This document shows positions 12,278-26,375 of a stretch of DNA of 64,000 nt, in pieces. The translations under genes were made by a program, and so were the position numbers. Source of the DNA: Eledone cirrhosa (Eukaryota); contig OZ024740.1 in NCBI GenBank assembly GCA_964016885.1, positions 5,518,001 to 5,582,000 on the forward strand, written 5' to 3'. The notes under the pieces are model-generated. The model did not search any database, was not told the origin of the DNA, and worked only from the letters and a program-made list of their open reading frames with translations. Positions within the stretch are counted from its first letter, which is position 1, and every line of letters begins with the position of its first letter.

Positions 12278-12797
12278 ACACACACATATATATATATATA
12301 TATGTGTGTGTGAGTGTATGATGGACTCTCCCATCGATTTCAATGAGTGAGGATCCAAACAACCTAAGCAGTTGATTCAGTTTGGATGTTTATATGAGGT
12401 ATGACATTTTAGACCTGGCAAGGCTTTGCAAGCAAGTCCATCTTATATTCTCATTGGTGTGATAAATTAATCTCCTGGTGAGATGCATTTACAGTCTTAA
12501 CAGCAAGTAAATCATTTACTCTAACTGGTTCATTGTTTCTATATATTGAAATGACGCTTATATGTATAGAAACAATTGTAAGATTAAAAATGGATTTAAT
12601 TTAACTACCCTGGCTCCTCTCTGTATTGAATATTTATGCTCTGCAATTCTCACTATCTTCAAATGCAGGTAGTTTAACCATTCCAAATACACCTTTGATT
12701 AGACTGGGATTCCTGGTTGCTGCCCACCTTACGTATACATAGAGCTTTACACACCTTACCAAAAATACAATAGTGGACCCCTCCACTTTAATTGCTT

Positions 12798-12832
<35 letters not shown>

Positions 12833-13044
12833 GGAAAAGAGTCAGGACATCGACAGCTGAGCTCCAGCTGTTTCGACAGCAAGATTCATGTCTATTGGTT
12901 GGTGTTATGAAGGGCATCCAGCTGTAAACATTCCGGCCTAATTTACAGTTCCATCTGATCAAGGTACAATCTGGCCAGACTTGTCTCATGATGCGGACGA
13001 CCCGTCTAACCCATGCAAGCATGGAAAATGGACGTTAAATGGTG

Positions 13045-15500
13045 ATCATCATCATCATCATTTTACGTCCGCTTTTCCCTGTTTGCAAGGGTGGGATGGG
13101 TCCTATTCAGCTCAGTATCTCTCCACTTGTCACGGTCCTTTGTCATCTCCACCGTGAGCTTCAGCAATCTGGGGTCAGCTCTCACCACCTCCATCCATGT
13201 TTTTTGTGGTCTACCTCTACTGCGTCTTCCTTCAACTGGGATTTCTTGTTACGTCTTTACCCAGCGGTCATCCTCCATGCACATCACATGTCCATACCAT
13301 CGCAATCTTCTCTCCCGCACATCAAAACTTATCTCTCTTATACCCAGTTTCTCTCTCAACTCATTTATGCTTGGTCGTTCACTCACATTGACATTATATA
13401 TATTATCATAATTGATGATGATGATGATAATATATATATATATATGTATATATATATCATCATCATCATCATCATCATTTTACGTCCGCTTTTCCCTGCT
13501 TGCAAGGGTGGGACGGGTCTTATTTAGCACAGCATCTCTCCACTTGTCACGGTCCTTCATCATCTCCACCGTGAGCTTCAGTGATCTGAGGTCTATTCTC
13601 ACCACCTCTGCCCATGTTTATCGTGGTCTACCTCAACTGGTATTTCGGTCATCCTCCATGCGCATCACATGCCCATACCACCTCAGTCTCATCTCTCGCA
13701 CACTACATTCTATTCCTCTCAGACACAGTTTCTCTCTCAACACATACATACTGGGTCGTTCACGCACATTGACATTGCACATCAAACGGAGCATGCTTGC
13801 CTCATTTCTCTCCAGCCGTCGCATATCCTCTGTAGTTGCTGCCCATGTCTCACTACCATGCAGCATCGCGCTCCTCACACAGGGAATCATATAACCAGCC
13901 TTTCGTACGCAGAGAGAAACCCTTCTTCATCAGCAGAGGAAGCAGCTCCCTAAACTTCTTCCAACCCGTCCTTATTCTAGATACTATGGCCTTGGGACAC
14001 CCCCCCTCCTACGCTAATCAGATCTCCTAGATACCGGAAGCTATCCACCAATTCTATAGCACCCGCCTGCATTTGAAAAATGTGTCTATCAATGCGACTT
14101 CTACTGTCTAATTTCCCTGTACATCTACTGCATACGTATTTCTCCCTACCTGTTTTTTGCCTGCTATCCCACTACATCTCTTGTGTACCCAGGATCTGCA
14201 TTGTGTGCATTTTATAGAAGTTATGCCAGTTCCTTTTCTGCATATCGAACATGGCCATTTCCCTGACGGAATCAGAGTTTTGTCCTCTTTTCTACTCATC
14301 AACACTTTTGTCTTAGCTAGGTCACTCTCAGTCCTCTTGTTTCCAACTGCTGTTTCCAGCAGTTGGAAGCAGACCTCTACTGATTCTGCTATAAGAACTA
14401 GATCGTCAGCATAGAGAAGTTCCCATGGACAGCCAGTCTTAAACCCCTCTGTTATGGCTTGGAGAACTATAATGAACAAGAGTGGGCTGAGGACCAAACC
14501 TTGATGTACTCCTACTTGTATCTGAAATTCCTCACTAAACTCCATTCCTACCCTGACTTTACTGACAGTACCTCTGTACAAAGTTTGCACTGTCCTCACA
14601 AGCCATTCCTCAACACCTAGTTTCGTTAGGGACCACCAGATGACAGATTGGGGTACCCTATCGAAGGCCTTCTCTAGGTCAACAAAGGCTAAGTATAGTG
14701 GCTTATTTTTCTCTAAGAACCTCTCTTGTAATTGTCTCACCAAGAAGAGGGCATCTGTTGTACTCTTCCCAGGCACAAAACCAAACTGCATCTCATCTGG
14801 TTTGACCCTTTCTCTAATTAGTTGTGCTAATATCCTTTCTGCCACTTTCATAACCTGATCCATCAGTTTTATACCCCTATAATTGCTCCTCTCCAAAGCA
14901 TCCCCTTTACCTTTGTAGCAATTTATGAGAATACTGCTGCACCAGTCTTTGAGTATGACACCACCATATATAGCCTGATTGATGATGCGTGCAACCAGTT
15001 TAGTGCCTACGCCCCTTGGTGCCTTCAGCATCTCAGCAACTATCCCAGATGGTCCAGCAGCCTGACCATTTTTCATTTCCTTAAACGCCTCTTGGACCCT
15101 ATATTCGTCAAACTCAATAGCTGATCCCTCTGTCGGATCTACTAAGGGTAATTTCTCTCTCTCCCATCCGTTCTCCAGATTCATCAGTCTCTCATAATGA
15201 CATTTCCAGGCCTCCTTTTTCTGATCATTCGTGACACTAAGTACACCGGCATCATTCCGGACACATTTATCTCCAACAACATCCTGATTTGCATTGACAC
15301 ACTGCCTTGCAATGTGGAACACTGCACGCCTCTGATCTTCCCGTTGCAGAACATTGGCAAACCTCCTACTCTCAGCCTCCCTGCGTGCTAAGTACACCTG
15401 ACGTCTAGCTTCTCTCTTAGCGGCTGTATATTCTTCCCTACTCCCACCCTTTTTCCAAGCCTTCCATACAAAGGAAGGCTTGGAAAAAGGGTGGGAGTAG
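13045..15500 (-). mobile_element. Decayed RTE-clade LINE (different subfamily) plus a second 3'-end copy
   Basis: ORF 14108-15397 has RT motifs and a PHD finger; two tandem 3' ends (13062-13395 and 13476-13900), each with a (GAT)n tail; 28-bp fold-back at the 5' truncation. Confidence 0.9.
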
Positions 15501-16361
15501 TTTGAGAATGTGAGTATCCTAACTAAGAAAATGACTATAATAACTCAATCACTATAAATAATAGTTGAGAAAATGGGTAAAATACCCTTGAGACATGTGT
15601 ATATATGCATCATTCTCTTCATTGTCATCATTATCATCAACATCATCCTCATCAACACCTCCATCATCGCTATGTTATATATATTATATGTATATGTTCA
15701 TATATTACAATATATATGTAAATGCTTATACACTTGCCTTAGATGTGCACATGACTGTAGCAACACAACGAATCACCATGGAGAACCACAACACTTCCAA
15801 TCTTATTCTAAATTCAGTTTGAAGTGTTTTCCTGTTACATACATAGCCACATTTACTTACACACATTTACATATGTACATACACATATACACACAGAAAC
15901 ATGTATAGTATACTCATTTGCATACATTTTATGTACATACACAATCTTACAAATATAAACATTTATACAAACGTATATACATACATACACATACATATAT
16001 ACACATATACTCATGTCTATACACACATGCACAAACACACACATACATATATATGTACATGTGTATATATATATTTATTTATAAACACACTCACACACAC
16101 ACACCTATATATACATATGCACACACACTCAGACACGAACATACACACACACACAAATATATACATATATATATATATATAAACATTTTTAAAATAAGCA
16201 TTTGTGTGTTTACATATGTACATGCCTATAAATACATTAAAGTGCATGCCCCCCCCCCCCCCCCCACCCACCCACACACACACACCCACACATACAGACA
16301 CATACATACACAAACACATACACACACACGCACACACACACACACTTACACACACACTCTT

Positions 16362-16922
16362 ATGGTGATCGTCATGCTGATGATGGTATTTTTGAAGGTA
16401 TTCATGATGATGATAATATCACTGATGATGATGGTGATGATGGTGATGGTGATGATGGTGATGGTGATGATGATGATGGTGATCATGGTGATGGTGATGA
16501 TGGTAATGGTGATGGTGGTGATGATGATGATGATGGTGATGATGATGGTGATGGTGATCATGGTGATAGTGATGATGGTGGTGATGATGATGGCGATGGT
16601 GGTGATGATGGTGATGATGATGGTGATGATGGTGATGGTGATGATGGTGATGGTGATGATGATGATGGCGATGGTGGTGATGGTGATGATGGTGATGATG
16701 GTGATGGTGATGATGATGGTGGTGATGATGGTGATGGTGATGATGGTGATGATGGTGATGGTGATGATGGTGATGATGGTGTTGATGGTGATGATGGTGA
16801 TGATGGTGATGGTGTTGATGATGATGGTGATGGTGTTGATGATGATGATGGTGATGGTGATGATGGTGATGGTGATGATGGTGTTGATGGTGATGGTGAT
16901 GGTGCTAGTATTGGTGGTGGTA
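16362..16922. repeat. (GAT/GGT)n trinucleotide microsatellite
   Basis: Long imperfect GATGGT/GATGAT tract. Confidence 0.9.
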
Positions 16923-16982
16923 GTTGAAATAATAATAGTGTCTTCTTCCATTCAGCCATGAAGTAAATAGAAAACAGCAATT

Positions 16983-17139
16983 CCTCCTTCCCTCACCACT
17001 GAGTCATGACACCCCCACCCCCCTTCCCTCACCACTGAGTCATGACAACCCCCACCCTTCTTCCCTCACCACTGAGTCATGACAAACCCCCACCCTCCTT
17101 CCCTCACCACTGAGTCATGACAACCCCCCACCCTCCTTC
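16983..17139. repeat. About 38-bp minisatellite, 4 copies
   Basis: CTTCCCTCACCACTGAGTCATGACAACCCCCACCC repeated 4 times. Confidence 0.9.
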
Positions 17140-17347
17140 AGAACCTCTTTTTACTTCCTTTTAAACTGGAAGATGAAATTCCTACAAAACAAACAAAACT
17201 ATCAGCAATATTTCTCTGTGATTATAAGAGTAATTAAAATAATTGATTAATGAATTTGAAACGAAGCTGTTTGTTCTGGTCTCTGACTTCTTGGCAAACA
17301 TTACAGTTAGAACTGAGAACTTCACAAAAATGAATGGAGAAACATAA

Positions 17348-17398
<51 letters not shown>

Positions 17399-17399
17399 T

Positions 17400-17462
<63 letters not shown>

Positions 17463-17463
17463 T

Positions 17464-17516
<53 letters not shown>

Positions 17517-17582
17517 GATTGATATATATATATATATAGACAGAGACAGATAGATCGGTAGATAGAGAAAAAAATTGGTTAT

Positions 17583-20134
<2,552 letters not shown>

Positions 20135-20231
20135 ATAATAATAAAATTGAAGACTAAAATCCAAAGAGGGCTCGATAAGGAAAATATATATCAAATATAT
20201 AAGAACCGTAGAGCAAATATTTATTAAAATA

Positions 20232-20307
20232 ACAGATTAAAGTTTAAGCAAAGAATCGCTGCTTTCACCCTTAACGGGATCTTCTGAAACTAACAAAGTC
20301 AATCTGT
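20232..20307 (-). ncRNA. Type I hammerhead-like ribozyme in the PLE 3' region (family B, variant core)
   Basis: Minus strand: ACAGATTGA-ctttgtt-AGTTT-CAGAAGA-T-CCC-gttaa-GGG-T-GAAA-GCA-gcgattctt-TGC-TT-AAACT-TTAATCTGT. All three stems pair; core has U4A; triplet is CUU. Confidence 0.65.
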
Positions 20308-21219
20308 AAACGCAGAACTGGATATTTAAAAAAACGTTGCAACCGGAGGAAGACAGGAAGACGATACTTTGGTTCGTGGTAACGTTCGCTGGCAAAGAAC
20401 GGGAAAAAACGAATAATACGTCATTAATAGGAGCGGTGAAAAACAATTACGCGCAAAGACAAAACCACGTTTATGGTATAAAAGAGGTCGTAGACTAATG
20501 TTCTCTTAGGTGGTGCATAGAGACGTTCTCTGGCAATGAACGAAAAAACGAAGATAATAAGTCATATGTGGAGCGTGGAGAACAATAGCACGCAAAGACA
20601 AAACCACGTAAATGGTATAGCAGAAATCGTAGACTAAAATTCTAACTAGGAGACCAAATGAATCTCCGCTACAGAGTTAAGAACAAAGTAAATAAATACA
20701 ATACGGAAGTAATAGGAACAAATAAATACATACACGCAAACAGATACGTACATACACAAGCATACGCAAAACCTTACCATGGGTATACAAAACCACGCAC
20801 ATATAAATATGTGTGTGTGTGTATGCTTGTGTACAAATAAATAAATAATTATATAAACGTATATAAGTAAATAAATACGTATATAACAAGCGCACACGCA
20901 TACCTACATATAAATACACGAATGTTCGGAGACGTAAGTCAACTAAAACAAGAAGTACACGTATACACACACCCACCATACGTACGAACCTGCACACTCA
21001 CGCGGACGCAAAACTCCCGTATACACATAGCCAAACCCTAAATACCAGAATATGTAAAAATGATACGCTATAACAGTCAAATATACGTACGAGAAGGTAT
21101 ACATACCTTCACAAAACATACGGGTAATATATACTTACCTATGCAAATACGTAAAGGAATAAACAAAACATATACTTAGCTCCCACATCAAGACGTAAAA
21201 TATCCACGTATAGATCGTG

Positions 21220-22354
21220 CTATCCGTTAGGGTATAACGTGGGGCTGTAATACAGGAAAGTTTTGTGCAATTTATGTTTACAAGCCGAAATTGCCTCAGA
21301 TTTTTTGTTTAAGATGTGGTCTGTAGCGTAGAGTATTTCCAGGGCCTCAGCGGCGCAGAGGTCACATGGTCTTTTATTTCCGTTATACGATCTAGCCCTA
21401 GCTAGGATCTCCCAGTGTAACTTATATTGGGTGTGGTTGTCTTTTAGACTCCAGATATAAGCTGAAAGTGACGTCATATTCCTTCTTAGAGGGTAACGAA
21501 AAGAATGGGTATGCATGTAAAGACGCTGCTTGAAACTATTGGCGGTTAACCCTATGTAGGCCCTACGGGACGTGGGTGTTACAACCTTACATTTGTAGAC
21601 AATGTTACTAGAGAGGCAATTCCCGGATAGGGGGCAATCAGTCCGATTCCTACAATTACAGTTAGTACTACCTACAGGGTTGCACGTGTTCCTACGGCTA
21701 GGTAGTTTAGCTAAATTTAAAGCTGTGATGTTATATGCAAGGTTAGGAGTAGTAGAGTAAGAAATTTTAATAGTATTTCTATTAAAAATTTTACTATATT
21801 TATGTGTAGGGGGGAAATGCTTCGTAATAAGGGAAAGAAAGATCTTAGCTAATGGTGTGGCCACCTCCATATTATATGGTGGGTTAAACCAACAAATGCG
21901 ACGGGATCTATTCCTTCTAGGTCTATTTTCGTACACTGTATATGCTACCTTATCGACAAATCCACTTCGAGCAAGAGCTTCATTGTAATAAGTGGAATGG
22001 TCGTTGAAAATGCGCTCGTTGGTGGAAAGACGGGAAAGCCTCAACGAAACGTTTCTTACCAGGTTCTTGGTTATGCTGGCAGGATGGTTGGAATGCTTAC
22101 TTATGTAATTAAGCGTATCATTCGGCTTTCTATACGGGTAATACAACCCATTCAATAAATTGAAGGTAACGTCGAGGTAATTAACGACCGAGAGATTGGC
22201 CTCAACCTGTCTAGAGAGGTTGAAGCCTTTAAAGAAGGCTGTGAGTTCTTTTCTGAACCTGTCGCAAGCACGAGGTCCGCACTTAGTCATGGTCAAAAGA
22301 CCATCGTCACGGTACAAACCACCGCCCGCGTTGGGGAATTCGTCCTTGATAGAG

Positions 22355-22357
<3 letters not shown>
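21220..22357 (-). CDS. PLE RT (C-terminal half) + GIY-YIG endonuclease, open frame, 5'-truncated
   Basis: Uninterrupted frame from FSIKDEFPN to PTLYPNG (about 378 aa); the N-terminal IYIY part of the listed ORF is microsatellite read-through. Confidence 0.85.
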
Positions 22358-22406
<49 letters not shown>

Positions 22407-22409
<3 letters not shown>

Positions 22410-22466
22410 AATGTAAGTATGTATGTATACGTACATACATATATGTATACAGACGTACAGTAGCAA

Positions 22467-22503
<37 letters not shown>

Positions 22504-22958
22504 TATATACATATGCATACAGGTACACATACATATATGCACGCATCAGTTTAGCCTACGTTTATTATAACGCCGGCCGCTTTGTTCGTTTGTTTGTCAA
22601 CAAAGCGAACAGCCTGAATTTATGCCATACGGTGTTAAGGCAACCACGTCACCTTTTTTTGTTCAACACTGACACAGGAACGATGTACTAATTTCAAGCT
22701 TGTTAGCTATCATCAGCACCGTTTACCCATCTGCCAGATAGTTGAACGTTCGAAAGTATATACTTTCCTTATGAAAATTAACGGCTGAGCAGCCTAATTT
22801 GCATATAGAGTGAGTTAAATCGGTCAGGCATACCGAAAACGATAAGTTGAAAAAAATGAAAACGAAATTTCATTTCTCACTCTTAGTATGGCACTTACTT
22901 AAATGTAAGTATGTATGTATACGTACATACATATATGTATACAGACGTACAGTAGCAA

Positions 22959-22995
<37 letters not shown>

Positions 22996-23414
22996 TGCAC
23001 GCATCAGTTTAGCCTACGTTTATTATAACGCCGGCCGCTTTGTTCGTTTGTTTGTCAACAAAGCGAACAGCCTGAATTTATGCCATACGGTGTTAAGGCA
23101 ACCACGTCACCTTTTTGTTCAACACTGACACAGGAACGATGTACTAGTTTCAAGCTTGTTAGCTATCATCAGCACCGTTTACCCATCTGCCAGATAGTTG
23201 AACGTTCGAAAGTATATACTTTCCTTATGAAAATTAACGGCTGAGCAGCCTAATTTGCATATAGAGTGAGTTAAAAAGGTCAGGCATACCGAAAACGATA
23301 AGTTGAAAAAAATGAAAACGAAATTTCATTTCTCACTCTTAGTATGGCACTTACTTAAATGTAAGTATGTATGTATACGTACATACATATATGTATACAG
23401 ACGTACAGTAGCAA

Positions 23415-23455
<41 letters not shown>

Positions 23456-24392
23456 TATACACATATGCATACAGGTACACATACATATATGCACGCATCA
23501 GTTTAGCCTACGTTTATTATAACGCCGGCCGCTTTGTTCGTTTGTTTGTCAACAAAGCGAACAGCCTGAATTTATGCCATACGGTGTTAAGGCAACCACG
23601 TCACCTTTTTGTTCAACACTGACACAGGAACGATGTACTAGTTTCAAGCTTGTTAGCTATCATCAGCACCGTTTACCCATCTGCCAGATAGTTGAACGTT
23701 CGAAAGTATATACTTTCCTTATGAAAATTAACGGCTGAGCAGCCTAATTTGCATATAGAGTGAGTTAAATCGGTCAGGCATACCGAAAACGATAAGTTGA
23801 AAAAAATGAAAACGAAATTTCATTTCTCACTCTTAGTATGGCACTTACTTAAATGTAAGTATGTATGTATACGTACATACATATATGTATACAGACGTAC
23901 AGTAGCAAGCATATATATATATATATATATATACATATATATACACATATGCATACAGGTACACATACATATATGCACGCATCAGTTTAGCCTACGTTTA
24001 TTATAACGCCGGCCGCTTTGTTCGTTTGTTTGTTAACAAAGCGAACAGCCTGAATTTATGCCATACGGTGTTAAGGCAACCACGTCACCTTTTTGTTCAA
24101 CACTGACACAGGAACGATGTACTAGTTTCAAGCTTGTTAGCTATCATCAGCACCGTTTACCCATCTGCCAGATAGTTGAACGTTCGAAAGTATATACTTT
24201 CCTTATGAAAATTAACGGCTGAGCAGCCTAATTTGCATATAGAGTGAGTTAAATCGGTCAGGCATACCGAAAACGATAAGTTGAAAAAAATGAAAACGAA
24301 ATTTCATTTCTCACTCTTAGTATGGCACTTACTTAAATGTAAGTATGTATGTATACGTACATACATATATGTATACAGACGTACAGTAGCAA

Positions 24393-24441
<49 letters not shown>

Positions 24442-25378
24442 TATACACATATGCATACAGGTACACATACATATATGCACGCATCAGTTTAGCCTACGTT
24501 TATTATAACGCCGGCCGCTTTGTTCGTTTGTTTGTCAACAAAGCGAACAGCCTGAATTTATGCCATACGGTGTTAAGGCAACCACGTCACCTTTTTGTTC
24601 AACACTGACACAGGAACGATGTACTAGTTTCAAGCTTGTTAGCTATCATCAGCACCGTTTACCCATCTGCCAGATAGTTGAACGTTCGAAAGTATATACT
24701 TTCCTTATGAAAATTAACGGCTGAGCAGCCTAATTTGCATATAGAGTGAGTTAAATCGGTCAGGCATACCGAAAACGATAAGTTGAAAAAAATGAAAACG
24801 AAATTTCATTTCTCACTCTTAGTATGGCACTTACTTAAATGTAAGTATGTATGTATACGTACATACATATATGTATACAGACGTACAGTAGCAAGCATAT
24901 ATATATATATATATATATACATATATATACACATATGCATACAGGTACACATACATATATGCACGCATCAGTTTAGCCTACGTTTATTATAACGCCGGCC
25001 GCTTTGTTCGTTTGTTTGTTAACAAAGCGAACAGCCTGAATTTATGCCATACGGTGTTAAGGCAACCACGTCACCTTTTTGTTCAACACTGACACAGGAA
25101 CGATGTACTAGTTTCAAGCTTGTTAGCTATCATCAGCACCGTTTACCCATCTGCCAGATAGTTGAACGTTCGAAAGTATATACTTTCCTTATGAAAATTA
25201 ACGGCTGAGCAGCCTAATTTGCATATAGAGTGAGTTAAATCGGTCAGGCATACCGAAAACGATAAGTTGAAAAAAATGAAAACGAAATTTCATTTCTCAC
25301 TCTTAGTATGGCACTTACTTAAATGTAAGTATGTATGTATACGTACATACATATATGTATACAGACGTACAGTAGCAA

Positions 25379-25417
<39 letters not shown>

Positions 25418-25535
25418 TATACACATATGCATACAGGTACACATACATATATGCACGCATCAGTTTAGCCTACGTTTATTATAACGCCGGCCGCTTTGTT
25501 CGTTTGTTTGTCAACAAAGCGAACAGCCTGAATTT
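22407..25535 (-). mobile_element. Tandem array of about 490-nt HHR-containing monomers (putative non-LTR retrozyme family C), about 6.5 copies
   Basis: HHRs at 22679-22723, 23135-23179, 23629-23673, 24113-24157, 24615-24659 and 25099-25143 (periods 456, 494, 484, 502, 484). Units differ mainly in internal (TA)n length; the 3' end abuts (TA)n. Confidence 0.88.
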
Positions 25536-25883
25536 TTTTCAACTTATCGTTTTCGGTATGCCTGACCGATTTAACTCACTCTATATGCAAATTAGGCTGC
25601 TCAGCCGTTAATTTTCATAAGGAAAGTATATACTTTCGAACGTTCAACTATCTGGCAGATGGGTAAACGGTGCTGATGATAGCTAACAAGCTTGAAACTA
25701 GTACATCGTTCCTGTGTCAGTGTTGAACAAAAAGGTGACGTGGTTGCCTTAACACCGTATGGCATAAATTCAGGCTGTTCGCTTTGTTGACAAACAAACG
25801 AACAAAGCGGCCGGCGTTATAATAAACGTAGGCTAAACTGATGCGTGCATATATGTATGTGTACCTGTATGCATATGTGTATA

Positions 25884-25914
<31 letters not shown>

Positions 25915-26029
25915 GCTTGCTACTGTACGTCTGTATACATATATGTATGTACGTATACATACATACTTACATTTAAGTAAGTGCCATACTAAGAGTGAGA
26001 AATGAAATTTCGTTTTCATTTTTTTCAAC
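25533..26029 (+). mobile_element. Inverted single monomer capping the family C array
   Basis: Reverse complement of one unit; starts and ends at TTTTTTCAAC, followed by (TA)n. Confidence 0.88.
25666..25710 (+). ncRNA. Minimal type I hammerhead ribozyme (family C)
   Basis: AACGGTG-CTGATGA-T-AGCT-aaca-AGCT-T-GAAA-CTAG-TA-CATCGTT: 7-bp stem I, palindromic CTAG stem III, GUA triplet (predicted cut after 25703). Confidence 0.85.
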
Positions 26030-26065
26030 CTATATATATATTTTTCTCTATCAAGGACGAATTCC

Positions 26066-26141
<76 letters not shown>

Positions 26142-26145
<4 letters not shown>

Positions 26146-26375
26146 TATAGACATAGAATATTCGAAAATATTCTGTATGTTTATAATAAACATTTTGAAG
26201 ACCTAATCGCTATAGAATAGAATACGTCACGTATTACAATTAGATTCTCGATAAAAGCAAGGGAAGTAATCTACGCGTTTCATTCTTATTAGAAATCTTC
26301 AGGACTACATATCCAGTGCTTTTATCGAGAATGACACAGCTAGAGACTTATAGAATACTTAGCTGTGTACAGGAA
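26142..26375 (-). mobile_element. Inverted partial monomer capping the family D array (contains HHR 26266-26308)
   Basis: Reverse complement of 26376-26606; hairpin centre CTGTGTACAG-gaa-CTGTACACAG; its 3' end ATTCA abuts (TA)n. Confidence 0.88.

Noticed and set aside
15918-16961. 347-aa Met/Val-rich ORF and other IY/HT/CV-rich ORFs
   Set aside because: These are translations of microsatellites.
22358-22542. N-terminal extension of the 440-aa PLE ORF
   Set aside because: It is microsatellite and array sequence in frame by chance; the element is 5'-truncated at about 22357.
22847-25611. Repeated ORFs [24 protein letters not shown]... as a tandem gene family
   Set aside because: They start at TTG, run into (TA)n in variable frames and are antisense to the HHR strand; they are a by-product of the array.
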